A stretch of 29,543 nt of DNA from Coleofasciculus sp. B1-GNL1-01 (GCA_040220235.1 JAVJTO010000098.1); one strand, 5' to 3'. Positions 1-9,775 are shown, counted from the first letter of the stretch. Numbers and translations are program-made. Notes: generated by a model not told the origin, from the letters alone.

Positions 1-66
1 AGTGACAGGAAGCAATAAGCTGTTCGGCATTTAAACCATAATGTCAAGAATTGCGAGATCCTTGCC

Positions 67-179
67 GTAGTGCGAGCATCTTGCTCGCTACCCAGGAGCA
101 TCTTGCTCGCTACCCAGGAGCATCTTGCTCGCTACCCAGGAGCATCTTGCTCGCTACCCAGGAGCATCTTGCTCACTCC
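67..179. repeat. Tandem array of a 22-bp REP-like palindromic unit (GAGCATCTTGCTCGCTACCCAG x4 plus a partial copy)
   Basis: Identical units at 74-95, 96-117, 118-139 and 140-161, partial at 162-174. The first copy reads GTAGtGCGAGCATCTTGCTCGCTAC, a GTAG-type hairpin. Confidence 0.9.
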
Positions 180-200
180 GGAGGGATAATGGTTAATTGA

Positions 201-1076
201 TCAATTCATATCCTCAAAAGGAGCTTTGTAAATTTTGAACTTCTGTTTCAATATCAGCCATAAGAAACCGACATCATCAACAAAATATCGTTTCCACAAT
301 CGTCTCGGTTCAACCGAAAAACGATAAAACCATTCTAAGCCAATGTCACGGAGAAACTTCGGCGCTCTTTTGACGTTCCCCGCTTCAAAATCGATCGTTG
401 CACCGATTCCCATAATTATTTTAATATTGGGATTAAATTTCTGCTTATATTTACTGATAAATAATTCTTGCTTCGGTGCTCCAACTCCTACCCCCAAAAC
501 TGTAGCGCCTGAATCATTAATCAGTTGCAAAATTTTTTGGCATTCTTGTTCATCGTTTTCAAATCCCCATGGGGGTGAATATTCAGCGACGACGATTTTC
601 CGACCGATTCTAGCGTTTATTCTAGCTTGCGCTTTCTTCGCTACACCCGGAGCCGCTCCTAATAAAAATACACGAATATCAGGATTGTCTTTGTGATAAT
701 GGCAAAAAGCAGGAAAGACATCTGATCCCGCTAGTTTTTCTTTGAAGGGAGTCCCCAAAAACTTAGAGGCGTAAACTAAAATCTGACTATCACATATTAC
801 GTAATCAGCCGCTTTATAAGCCTGCAAAAACTGCCGATTGTTTTGTAATTGCATGAGGTGATCGACGTTAGGGGTAAATACAATACCCTGCTTTAATTTC
901 TTTAAAAACTCATCTTTAGAAAAATTATCAATATATAAGTTAAGGATTTTAACTTTTTGGCGAACCGAAAGACCGTTATCTTCATTAGCTAGAGGTATCG
1001 GCATAACCTCGGGTTCCGGTGTAAACTGGTTATCCTGTTGGTCTTTCATTGAGCGTGGAACTGATGATGAGTTCAT
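201..1076 (-). CDS. WecB/TagA/CpsF family glycosyltransferase
   Basis: Motifs FTPNVDH, GSD, FLLGA, VGVGAPKQE, GIGATIDFEAG, RAP...GLEWFYRF..EPRRLWKRY. Confidence 0.93.
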   Translation of the reverse strand: MNSSSVPRSMKDQQDNQFTPEPEVMPIPLANEDNGLSVRQKVKILNLYIDNFSKDEFLKKLKQGIVFTPNVDHLMQLQNNRQFLQAYKAADYVICDSQILVYASKFLGTPFKEKLAGSDVFPAFCHYHKDNPDIRVFLLGAAPGVAKKAQARINARIGRKIVVAEYSPPWGFENDEQECQKILQLINDSGATVLGVGVGAPKQELFISKYKQKFNPNIKIIMGIGATIDFEAGNVKRAPKFLRDIGLEWFYRFSVEPRRLWKRYFVDDVGFLWLILKQKFKIYKAPFEDMN

Positions 1077-1298
1077 AGTAGAGACAACCCCACTGATACT
1101 AATTTTACCTTATACTCCAATTAAATGGCTGTTGATTCAATTTAAAGAGTCTTGGTAGAAAATTAAATCTGTCAGCCGACTGATGTTCAGATGGTTAGCT
1201 GCTATAGCTGATAACCTGTAGACAATGCTCTACATGTCTTTCCCTTTGTCCAGAATGAAAGATTGATGGATGCCTCAACCATATATCTGGTGTGAATC

Positions 1299-2270
1299 TT
1301 AGCGGAAATACGCAACCCGTGCATCCAGACCCTGCGATCGCAGTCGATGGGAAATCTCTTCAGCACCGTCACGATCTGCAAAGGAGCCAGCATTGACAAA
1401 TTTACCTCGTCCAGAGTCAGCGGTAAATGCCCCCGACACATATCGTTGCACTCGAGTGAGTGTATCTCCGTTATAAATGGGGACAACGACCACATAACGA
1501 TTTTGCTCAAGTGTTGGAATTAACCCCAGCGCCTGAAGCGTGTCTTGATTGGCTACGCCATCGGGAAATAGATTATTTGCTTCCTGAAACTGCTCAACGG
1601 CGTTTTGAGTTTGGAACCCATAGATGCCATCAACTGGACCGGGGTCAAAACCTGCCTGTCTTAACTTTAGCTGAAGTTCAACTACATCTTGACCGCGATC
1701 GCCGGGACGCAATTCTCTAAACCTAGACTGTTGAGTCTCAATTGGAGGCGGTGGTGTAACTTGTCCTCTGCTAGGAGATAAAATATTTCCGAGACTCGGA
1801 GGAGGTGGCAAGGTGCCAATCGTTGTACTAGGAGGAGGTAAAGTGCTTGAGGCAAAGGTCGAATCTAAGGGTGAAATGCGGCTCAAGTTATCGAACAACA
1901 CAGATTGGGTGCGTTGACCGACGATTCCATCCGGAATCAGCCCATTGCGGCGCTGAAATCGCTGGACAGCATCTGCGGTGATCGGACCAAAATACCCAGT
2001 GGGTTGCTGATCAAAATAGCCTAAGTCCTGCAAACGCCTTTGAATCTCAATGACTTGAGATCCACGACTTCCTTGCTGTAGTGTTTGGGCAACAGCTTTG
2101 TCTGTAAGTCCTAAGCTGCTGAGAATGATGGCGATGGCGAATAATAGCCAGTGGAATGGTACGGGAGAAGGCTGGGTCAATCGCCATTCTTCCCGATTGA
2201 CACTCTCTAAACCCACCTCGTCTGGGTTTTCCAACGCCCAGATAAGATGGCTATAGGCAAGGGTTTCCAT
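1299..2270 (-). CDS. Peptidoglycan-binding domain protein (two PG_binding_1 repeats, Pro-rich linker, C-terminal SPOR-like domain)
   Basis: LQQGSRGSQVIEIQRRLQDLGY...GYFGPITADAVQRFQ...DGIVG and LRPGDRGQDVVELQLKL...DGIYG. Hydrophobic N-terminal segment. C-terminus AGSFADRDGAEE...LRSQGLDARVAYF. Confidence 0.9.
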   Translation of the reverse strand: METLAYSHLIWALENPDEVGLESVNREEWRLTQPSPVPFHWLLFAIAIILSSLGLTDKAVAQTLQQGSRGSQVIEIQRRLQDLGYFDQQPTGYFGPITADAVQRFQRRNGLIPDGIVGQRTQSVLFDNLSRISPLDSTFASSTLPPPSTTIGTLPPPPSLGNILSPSRGQVTPPPPIETQQSRFRELRPGDRGQDVVELQLKLRQAGFDPGPVDGIYGFQTQNAVEQFQEANNLFPDGVANQDTLQALGLIPTLEQNRYVVVVPIYNGDTLTRVQRYVSGAFTADSGRGKFVNAGSFADRDGAEEISHRLRSQGLDARVAYFR

Positions 2271-2361
2271 AGGTTTCCTAGATAACTTTTATTGCTAGTT
2301 TATCAACCTATGTGGAAAGATAGTTAAGTAGGTGGGAAAATTTCAAGTTAATAGTAGGGAT

Positions 2362-2446
2362 CGTCATTTGTCGTTTGTCATTTGTCATTCGTTGATTAGG
2401 AACTCTCTTGCCCTGCTCCCAGACGTGCCATGGCACGTCTCTACAA
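2362..2446. repeat. GTCATTT-type short tandem repeats plus REP palindrome AGACGTGCCATGGCACGTCTCTAC
   Basis: Read directly; the same REP family recurs inside anmK at about 18003-18027. Confidence 0.8.
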
Positions 2447-2506
2447 CTCTTGCTCCCCCAGCTTCCCTTGCTCTCTAACCCCACCACAAGACTTATTCAG
2501 CAGACC

Positions 2507-2683
2507 CTATATTAAGCCTGATCGCTCGATCAGAACAGCAGACAGCGCGGCTATACCTGTAATTGTCAAGGCTAATAGAGGGTGTTGACCCTGACTCACG
2601 GCAAACGAGGTGACGATTCCAGCACCCAACGCGGCGGTAACTAGGGCAGTCCAGATATCTTTATTCGTGTTTTTGTGGTACAT
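2507..2683 (-). CDS. Small 58-aa two-TM membrane protein (absent from the ORF track)
   Basis: Manual translation: MYHKNTNKDIWTALVTAALGAGIVTSFAVSQGQHPLLALTITGIAALSAVLIERSGLI*, ATG at 2683, TAG at 2509-2507. Two hydrophobic helices joined by SQGQHP. Confidence 0.7.
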   Translation of the reverse strand: MYHKNTNKDIWTALVTAALGAGIVTSFAVSQGQHPLLALTITGIAALSAVLIERSGLI

Positions 2684-2963
2684 GCGTATTTTTCGTTAAA
2701 GAATTTTACAACTATTCAGACAGGTTTTCTCACCGTACCACTCTCTTTTATTGAACTGAAGTCTCTACTCAATTATTGCAATCAAGATTTAAATTTAGCT
2801 ACGTTTCTTAATATAATCTCGATGTGGCACGATTTTGATGGATGATGGTGATGACTTCTATCCAATCCGGTTAATCATTGCCGATATATTCTTGCCAAGG
2901 CAATCCAGCAATTGCCATAAATTCAATTAGACCTGACACTTAATCAGATGAGGAGTGACCCAA

Positions 2964-3680
2964 ATGAGCCAAATTAGCCTGTGGAGCAAGTCAGCCGCAC
3001 TTTTGTTGTTAGGATTTACTGTAGCAGAAGGCTTACCAGCAACGGCTAGTGTAGCTGTTGGCAGAGAACCAACTCCGTTGGTGAATACTTGGGTTCATGC
3101 CACGGAGAATGTAGAACGTCATACTTATAGAAACCTTCTAAACTATCAACCTAGAACATTCCCGTCAACCCTACCTTCCCCGACAAATTCTTTTCTGCTT
3201 ACTCAAGGGTTGATCGGGCAATGTCGGGCGGCGGCGCGGTCAATTTTTATCTACGCGGAACGTTCAATCGCTAATCCGATTCGCGCTTTACAAGCCGATG
3301 AACAAGTCATCCTGGCTGAAGCTAGTGGTAGGAATGGTTGGATTGCGGTTCGTTCTCCGATTAGTGGATTTGTCCAAGCGAAAGATCTCAAGCCTTGCGC
3401 GGGGAATCCTGCGCCTACGCCCTCACCCACACCACCTAACCGTTGTCGCCGAGTAATTTATGAAGAAGATGAAGGATTAGCGATTCGGGAAAGTCCCAAC
3501 ACGAATTCAGCGAGAGTGGGTGGCGTCTTCTTTGGCGATCGCGTCACTCTTTCTGATCCACCCCAATTTAGATTAGATGACGCTGGACGTGAATGGGTAA
3601 GAATTACCGCCCCGACTGCTGGTTGGCTATCTAATGGGTTTCCGCAACTGGGCGATATTAATCTGAAGGCGTGTTTCTAA
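2964..3680 (+). CDS. Secreted protein with two bacterial SH3-like domains
   Basis: Signal peptide. Domain 1 ends GWIAVRSPISGFVQ; domain 2 GLAIRESPNTNSARVGGV...EWVRITAPTAGWLS. Paired Cys flank each domain. GAGGAG 8 nt before ATG 2964 (track start is GTG 2955). Confidence 0.85.
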   Translation: MSQISLWSKSAALLLLGFTVAEGLPATASVAVGREPTPLVNTWVHATENVERHTYRNLLNYQPRTFPSTLPSPTNSFLLTQGLIGQCRAAARSIFIYAERSIANPIRALQADEQVILAEASGRNGWIAVRSPISGFVQAKDLKPCAGNPAPTPSPTPPNRCRRVIYEEDEGLAIRESPNTNSARVGGVFFGDRVTLSDPPQFRLDDAGREWVRITAPTAGWLSNGFPQLGDINLKACF

Positions 3681-3843
3681 AGGGAACAGGGAACAGGGAA
3701 CAGGGAACAGGGAACAGGGAACAGGGAACAGGTAAGGTAGAATTTCGAGTGAACTTCCCTATCTCCCCCAGCTCCCTCTGCTTCCCCTGCTTCCCCTGCT
3801 TCCCCATCACCCCATCTTCCTCATCTCCCCATCTTCCTATCTC
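3681..3843. repeat. STRR array (AGGGAAC)x7 followed by CTTCCCCTG-type nonamers between convergent genes
   Basis: Seven exact heptamers at 3681-3729. Confidence 0.9.
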
Positions 3844-3845
3844 CT

Positions 3846-4322
3846 TCAGTCCACTCGCTCAACATTTCCCGCCTTGACCCAACCTTCTTGTTCACTACCA
3901 GACAGGCGTACTCTCTGCCATTTTTGATCATCGCTTTCTTTGAGGATGATAATTTCCTTATTGTAGGCTACGCCACCAATGCGATTGGCATTGAGACTGG
4001 GAGAATCGCGCAGGCTTAATCCTTCGGGCCAGGTTACCCGCGCTTCATACGCGCCAGGGGGTAATTCTTCGGGTTCTGGGGATTCACTGGGAGTGGGACT
4101 AGGACTGGGTTTTGGCTTCTGGGCAGATTGAGCGGGTTTCTTCGCCGAATCAGGGGATTTAACGGGTGACTTGGCTTGCTGTTCTTCGGCAAAAATGGGT
4201 TTAGCTGGATTGACTGATAATTTTGTGAAAAAGTAATAGGCGACGGCACCCCCCCCCGCCAATAATATGGCAATACCTAGAATAAATCCGATAAAAAACT
4301 TGGCAATACCTGATAAGCTCAT
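3846..4322 (-). CDS. Membrane-anchored SH3 domain protein
   Basis: N-terminal TM helix, Pro/Ser/Lys linker, SH3b motif GLSLRDSPSLNANRIGGV...WQRVR...EGWVKAGNV. Confidence 0.9.
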   Translation of the reverse strand: MSLSGIAKFFIGFILGIAILLAGGGAVAYYFFTKLSVNPAKPIFAEEQQAKSPVKSPDSAKKPAQSAQKPKPSPSPTPSESPEPEELPPGAYEARVTWPEGLSLRDSPSLNANRIGGVAYNKEIIILKESDDQKWQRVRLSGSEQEGWVKAGNVERVD

Positions 4323-4376
4323 AGCGTTTATTGTTAGTTGTTTGTCATTGTCAAATAGTTGTCGTACTTAAAGGGT

Positions 4377-4445
4377 AGTCAGGGCGGGTTTTGTACAAAC
4401 GCTACTATCAAGATAAAAAAGAAAGTCCCTAAACCCGCCCCTACA
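4377..4445. repeat. REP-doublet element GGGCGGGTTT-N39-AAACCCGCCCCTAC
   Basis: Inverted arms at 4382-4391 and 4431-4440. The family recurs at 6234, 14435, 23967/24000 and 26311. Confidence 0.85.
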
Positions 4446-4457
4446 GACGCGCCAGGT

Positions 4458-4564
4458 TATAGCCCTACGGGGATACGTTAGGACATTCCCCTGTTGCCTA
4501 TTGCCTGTTGCCTGTTGCCTTTTCACCCAATTGTATTGTCCTAACCTTAATGCGTAGTGCTATA
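4458..4564. mobile_element. MITE-like element with 28-bp imperfect terminal inverted repeats and TA ends
   Basis: Left TATAGCCCTACGGGGATACGTTAGGACA versus right reverse complement TATAGCACTACGCATTAAGGTTAGGACA (21/28 match); interior is CCTGTTG heptamers. Confidence 0.7.
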
Positions 4565-4636
4565 TTTGAGCGAAGCGAAGGATCAAAACCATGCCCTCGA
4601 AAATCGTAAAGGGTCAAAATTCAAAACTCAAAACCT

Positions 4637-6151
4637 CTACTGCAGTTGACGCTGAATCCGACTACTTAAACGATTATCTCTTGACGCCATCCGTGCTTTT
4701 CCCGCCGCCGCCCAGTCTTTGAGAAATTGAATTTGTTCTTGGGCGGTACGGGCAAGGGGAACGATTTGGCTGGCGGCTTCTAATATATCATCGGTGGTAA
4801 AGTCTCGGTTTTGACTAAAGCCAATGTGCATGGCTTCAATCAGGGTTTGTTCAATTTCTGCGCCGGAAAAGTCGGGGGTTTCATAGGCGAGTCGTGCTAG
4901 ATCATAGTTTTTGAGGTTATGAGGGCGCAGTCGCCCTAAGTGGAGTTCAAAAATCGCTTGACGTTCCTCTTGTGAGGGTAAGCCGACAAAGAAGATTTCA
5001 TCAAATCGCCCTTTCCGCAGCATTTCCGGCGGTAGGGCTTGGATATTATTGGCGGTGGCGACAACAAATACAGGAGATTTTTTCTCGGCTAACCAGTTGA
5101 TGAACGTACCAAATACTCGACTGGCGGTACCGGAATCGCCTTTGGATTCTACTCCCGCAAAAGCTTTGTCAATTTCGTCAATCCAGAGAATACAGGGGGC
5201 TAAGGCTTCGGCGAGTTGAATCATCTGGCGGGTGCGGGATTCAGATTCTCCGACTAAGCCGCCGAATAAACGCCCGACATCTAAACGTAATAGGGGAAGA
5301 TGCCAATGGTGGGCGATCGCCTTAGCGGTTAGTGATTTTCCGGTTCCTTGGATTCCGACTAACAGCAAGCCACGGGGATGGGGTAATCCATAGTGTCGGG
5401 CGCGTTCGGTAAATGCACCGCCTCGGCGCAGCAGCCAGTCTTTGAGGTTGTCTAAGCCGCCAATGTCGGAAATTTGTTCTGTGGTGGGGTAATAGTCTAA
5501 GATTTGGGTTTGACGAATCGATTGGCGTTTTTCCTCTAACACCATTTCCACGTCATCGGGTTGGATTTGTCCCTGCGCCGCGATCGCTCTGGCTAAGACT
5601 CGGCGTATCCGTTCTAAGGATAACCCTTGACAAGAACGCACCAGTTCATCTAAAACTTTGTCGCTCAGGGATTGACTGGTGGCGGCGACTAAGCGACTAA
5701 TTTCGGCTTTAATTTCTGAGACATCGGGTAAGGGAAACTCTTGTACTGTCAGCACTTCGGTTAAGTCTGAGGGGATGGCGACTTGAGGGGTAACAATAAC
5801 GATGTTTTTTGGTTGGGATTTGAGGAGTCGCGCCAGGTTTTTCAGTTTTCGGGAAACGGAGATGTCCTCCAGAAAGCGGTGAAAGTCTCTGAGGATAAAG
5901 ATAGAAGGGGCATTGGCGGGGATTTTTTCGACAAACTCTAAAGCCTGTAAGGGATTACGGCGTCCAAATCCTTGATCATTGGGGTTCCCTTGATAGCCAT
6001 CGACAAAATCCCACAGATAAACCGCCCGTTCACCCAACCGTTGAGCCGCCTGTGCGATCGCGACTTCGGCTCGTTCTTCTTCCAGGGTGGGGATGTAAAT
6101 TAGGGGATAGCGGGCGCGTAGCAGCAGCTCAAACTCATCATTAAAACTCAT
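4637..6151 (-). CDS. ycf46: Ycf46-family AAA+ ATPase
   Basis: N-terminal LLRARYPLIYI...EEER, IGGLDNLKDWL, Walker A GIQGTGKS, Walker B WIDEIDK, LRKGRFDEIFFV. Confidence 0.9.
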   Translation of the reverse strand: MSFNDEFELLLRARYPLIYIPTLEEERAEVAIAQAAQRLGERAVYLWDFVDGYQGNPNDQGFGRRNPLQALEFVEKIPANAPSIFILRDFHRFLEDISVSRKLKNLARLLKSQPKNIVIVTPQVAIPSDLTEVLTVQEFPLPDVSEIKAEISRLVAATSQSLSDKVLDELVRSCQGLSLERIRRVLARAIAAQGQIQPDDVEMVLEEKRQSIRQTQILDYYPTTEQISDIGGLDNLKDWLLRRGGAFTERARHYGLPHPRGLLLVGIQGTGKSLTAKAIAHHWHLPLLRLDVGRLFGGLVGESESRTRQMIQLAEALAPCILWIDEIDKAFAGVESKGDSGTASRVFGTFINWLAEKKSPVFVVATANNIQALPPEMLRKGRFDEIFFVGLPSQEERQAIFELHLGRLRPHNLKNYDLARLAYETPDFSGAEIEQTLIEAMHIGFSQNRDFTTDDILEAASQIVPLARTAQEQIQFLKDWAAAGKARMASRDNRLSSRIQRQLQ

Positions 6152-6233
6152 GGGGTTTTGGCGGGAAATGCAACAACTTCAAAGCGAATCAGTCACCACA
6201 CCTCATTTTACCTGTATTGAATGAAATGAGAGG

Positions 6234-6296
6234 AGGGCGGGTTTTGTATCTCCGTTAGAGAAAATAACCAATATTTATCCCTAAACCCGCCCCTAC
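6234..6296. repeat. REP-doublet element (38-nt spacer)
   Basis: AGGGCGGGTTT...CCCTAAACCCGCCCCTAC. Confidence 0.85.
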
Positions 6297-6388
6297 CTGG
6301 ATCTAGGCAAATGACAATGACATAAGACGTAGCTTGCTTCTTTTCGGGAAGCGAGTATGACATAAGACATAAGACATAAGACCATTAA

Positions 6389-6892
6389 TTACCCTGGCAA
6401 TTTTCCCTTCAAAATTTCCAGAGCATCCCAACGCCGATCAGTTGGCTTAGTGCTATCATTCTCATCCATGACAATTCCTGGACAGTTGGCGTCACATAAC
6501 TGTCGGGGTGGAATTTCTAGACACAATTGCTCATAAAGCCAACTATTGGGATCAAAATACCCTTGGGGATGTAAGGTTTCCACTAACTCCTCCAAGGGCG
6601 TTTCTCGTTCCAAGATACCCAGCTCCTGTTGCTCGGCGGCTTCATCTAACCAAACCAGTTCCGATACATCCACGGTTAACCGATGATTGTACTGCTGCAA
6701 ACATCGGTTACAGGCTAGGGTAATAATCGTTTCGGCTTGCGCCGAGACTTCTAAATAATTCCCTTGATGCTTAACTTGCAAGCCTCCTCGCACAGGCGTT
6801 AGCGTTTCTAAATCGGGCAGGAATTCATTGACCTGAATCACCTCGGTTTGCTCTGGTAATTTAAGCAATCCAGGAATATAAATTGCGTCCAT
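6389..6892 (-). CDS. YceD/DUF177 family protein
   Basis: CNRCL and LC...CPGI metal motifs, DRRWDAL terminus. Start refined to ATG 6892 (MDAIYIP) with AAAGGAG upstream. Confidence 0.9.
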   Translation of the reverse strand: MDAIYIPGLLKLPEQTEVIQVNEFLPDLETLTPVRGGLQVKHQGNYLEVSAQAETIITLACNRCLQQYNHRLTVDVSELVWLDEAAEQQELGILERETPLEELVETLHPQGYFDPNSWLYEQLCLEIPPRQLCDANCPGIVMDENDSTKPTDRRWDALEILKGKLPG

Positions 6893-6954
6893 GATGCCAC
6901 TCCTTTGCTGCCAACAAACCACCCTTACCCCCGATTTTAAACCCTAATTGTCAG

Positions 6955-7437
6955 TTAAGGACGCAGACGCACCACCAAGCGGCGGTTTGGTTCTTGACCC
7001 TGACTGTGGGTTTCTAAATCGTCACATTCCTGGAGCAACGTATGCACTTGACGGCGTTCGGCGGCGGAGAGCGATCGCAATTCGTAATCTTGACCCGTCT
7101 CTCGTACTTTCTGCGCCGCCTGATCTGCCAGTATCCGGAGTTCCTCTTGACGCTGTAGACGGTAACCATTGAGTTCAACGGTATACGCCGCCTGATCTGC
7201 TAATGGCTTACCGAGGTTAAGTGTTGCATTTGCCAGATACTGTAGCGCATCAAGTACCTTACCATTAACGCCAATCAAACTTTGAATCTCTGTCTCAGTC
7301 AATTGGCTTTGATCAATGGTTAACCAGTAGTTGGCTTTACTATCTTGGTTCTCATCAGTGACTTGCACTCTCGCCGACACATTGGATAAGCGTAGCAACT
7401 CTTCTAGCCACTGCTGACCCCGCTGCTGATTACTCAT
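6955..7437 (-). CDS. jag: Jag/EloR (KhpB)-like RNA-binding protein with KH-like and R3H domains
   Basis: LIGVNGKVLDALQYLAN, ELNGYR, LSAAERRQVH, SQGQEPNRRLVV; directly downstream of yidC. Confidence 0.9.
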   Translation of the reverse strand: MSNQQRGQQWLEELLRLSNVSARVQVTDENQDSKANYWLTIDQSQLTETEIQSLIGVNGKVLDALQYLANATLNLGKPLADQAAYTVELNGYRLQRQEELRILADQAAQKVRETGQDYELRSLSAAERRQVHTLLQECDDLETHSQGQEPNRRLVVRLRP

Positions 7438-7439
7438 AG

Positions 7440-8609
7440 CTAACTTGATGCTTTTTTCTTGGAACGTTTCGGTTCAAAGGGTAGGGATTCTCGCCCGTCG
7501 CCGGACTTGTCCTTGGATTGGGTTTTCCGTTCCGCTTTTTCTTGTTCCTCAACCATTTTTTGGATATTGTCCGGTAGGGGTTCTCGCATCAAAATGAAGG
7601 ATTGCAGCGTCTGAAAAACGTTAGCAATCACCATGTACATCAACACCCCGGCGGGTAAGGGGAAGAAGAAGAACATCCCGGAAAATAAAACTGGCGTAAT
7701 CTTATTCACCGTATTTTGCTGGGATGAACCACCGGGAGCATTTTGACCCGTGAGAATCTGGTTCACATACAAACTCACGCCGAAAAATAGAATCATGCCC
7801 ACAATATCCCAGTGGATTTCGCCATCATCTCCAAAGGCACCCACTCGTCCTAGAGCATTAATAAATAGGAATCCTCGCTCCGCCGCCAGTCCGGGAATTG
7901 TCGCCTTTAGGCTTACATCACCCGGTTCTAAGGCTTCCAGGGTGCCATCTTCGGCAAAGCGCACCTTGTCTTCGCCTTTGGTGATTTCCCATTTAGGCAC
8001 AATTTTGGTGTCTGGATATTCCTTCTCCAGGGTGCTGAGGGATTTCCCTTCAACGGATTGAAAGTCAATTGGCGTCTTTTCCCCTACCACTAACCGATTA
8101 CCGCTAGGTAATACGGCGGCGACGGGTGCATGAACGCCATCGGCAAAGTAAATATTTTGGGGTTTAGTGGCAAAGGCTTGGGGTTGGATGAACTCCATTT
8201 TCTCCCGGGGAAAGATTTGTACATCCACCGTGTAGTTCACATTGGAAAACGGTGATCCCCGCAATGTGGCGAATAGGGCAAACAAGACAGGCATTTGCAG
8301 CAGGACAGGGAAACATCCGGCTAGGGGATTACCAAACTCCTGGAAGAGTTTGCTCATCTCCTCTTGTTGTTTTACCTTGTCATCGCCATAGCGTTGCTGA
8401 ATTTCCTCTTGCCGCTTTTTCATTAAGGGTTGGGTAATTCGCATGCGCCTCATGTTGCGAATGGAGCCTGCGTTCAGGGGATAGAGAGCAAAGCGAATTA
8501 CCAGGGTCAGTGCCACGATGGCAAGACCGTAGCTTGGCACAATCCCGTAAAAGAAATCCAGGATTGGCAGCATGACGTTGTTGGAAAGAAACCCGATACC
8601 AAAATCCAT
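7440..8609 (-). CDS. yidC: Membrane protein insertase YidC (cyanobacterial type)
   Basis: [55 protein letters not shown]. Confidence 0.97.
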   Translation of the reverse strand: MDFGIGFLSNNVMLPILDFFYGIVPSYGLAIVALTLVIRFALYPLNAGSIRNMRRMRITQPLMKKRQEEIQQRYGDDKVKQQEEMSKLFQEFGNPLAGCFPVLLQMPVLFALFATLRGSPFSNVNYTVDVQIFPREKMEFIQPQAFATKPQNIYFADGVHAPVAAVLPSGNRLVVGEKTPIDFQSVEGKSLSTLEKEYPDTKIVPKWEITKGEDKVRFAEDGTLEALEPGDVSLKATIPGLAAERGFLFINALGRVGAFGDDGEIHWDIVGMILFFGVSLYVNQILTGQNAPGGSSQQNTVNKITPVLFSGMFFFFPLPAGVLMYMVIANVFQTLQSFILMREPLPDNIQKMVEEQEKAERKTQSKDKSGDGRESLPFEPKRSKKKASS

Positions 8610-8869
8610 TCGTATAAAGTCAACCTAGGCGCTGTAACGTTTTCTGAATCTAATTTATCGAATATTGGCAGCAATGGGAGGCAATGCCACGCAATTACCG
8701 CTGGAATTCTCCACGCTTTCACCCGATGGGGGCGGCTTTCAGGCGATCGCCCTCTTGGGCAGTCTGGAGAATTTTAACGGGCAACTGTATTTCAAGATAC
8801 AGAAAAGTTTTGGAGTCTTTACACCTGACACCCCATGAACATTGCTTCCCTGCTCACCGCCGTTATACT

Positions 8870-9262
8870 CTAAGCCTTAACAGAATCTAAGGGCTTACCC
8901 GTTTTGGTGGAAACTTTTTCAGCGATGTAATCATAAATTTCGCGAAACTGAGGCATAGCCCGCAGTTCTAAACGGCTATTATCTTTCAGGATAACCACAA
9001 TATCGCCCCACAGACCGATACCCCGGGGAACTTTCCGCAGTTGGGCAATTTCAGAGTAGATAATATCCGTACGATCGCGCCCTTGCCATCCTCCTGTCAC
9101 GGAAATGCGACGATTGGTCACCCGATAGCGCAGCCACAACGCTCGCACAACCGCCCCAATGGTTAAGGGCAGGGCAATAACCGTGAACCCCAACAAAATG
9201 TTTATAATCAAATCACCGATATGGGGACCCCCCTCATAATAGGTTTCTTCTTTAATGCCCAT
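8870..9262 (-). CDS. Bacterial PH-domain membrane protein
   Basis: EETYYEGGPHIGDL, TM segments, RYRVTNRRISVTGG; usual cyanobacterial position between rnpA and yidC. Confidence 0.88.
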   Translation of the reverse strand: MGIKEETYYEGGPHIGDLIINILLGFTVIALPLTIGAVVRALWLRYRVTNRRISVTGGWQGRDRTDIIYSEIAQLRKVPRGIGLWGDIVVILKDNSRLELRAMPQFREIYDYIAEKVSTKTGKPLDSVKA

Positions 9263-9638
9263 TTATTACCTCAGCATCTACCAATAACTGCTCTAATTCT
9301 TGCAAAAATTGAGCATATTCGCACTCTAAGGCGTTAGGACGCACGCCAACGATGACGTGCCAACCCGGTGTCAGTCGCGGCAATAATTGGCGCAAAGCGG
9401 CTCGTATCCGCCGTTTCAGACGATTACGCACAACAGCTTTTTTACTGACTTTTTGGCTGACGGAAATACCGATGCGAGTGGGGGGTAGATCGGGAGGATT
9501 GACCTGTGAGTTGTCTGAACAGACTCTAGGCAACTGTAACCCGCGCACGGTTAAATGGCGTCCATAGCGACGAATTCCTTTTTGGTATACTGCCTTAAAA
9601 TCTCGCCAATGCTTGAGTCGATTCGCCTGGGGCAACAA
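9252..9638 (-). CDS. rnpA: Ribonuclease P protein component
   Basis: RLKHWRDF, RIGISVSQKVSKKAVVRNRLKRRIR; TTG start. Confidence 0.96.
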   Translation of the reverse strand: MLPQANRLKHWRDFKAVYQKGIRRYGRHLTVRGLQLPRVCSDNSQVNPPDLPPTRIGISVSQKVSKKAVVRNRLKRRIRAALRQLLPRLTPGWHVIVGVRPNALECEYAQFLQELEQLLVDAEVINGH

Positions 9639-9775
9639 TTGTTATTTGTCCTTGGTCATTCGTCTTATGTCCTTGGTCAGGAAAGGGGCGATAGGGCGCA
9701 TGATTAAGCACCCTACGCGACTCTCAACGCCTAACAGTGAATTTGGCGTCAGTCCTGAACCTTGACAAGATAACA

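Noticed and set aside
74..174. Possible CRISPR array
   Set aside because: Units are contiguous identical 22-mers with no unique spacers, and no cas genes are present
3671..3877. 68-aa ORF (GTGNREQ repeats)
   Set aside because: Translation of STRR heptamer and nonamer arrays
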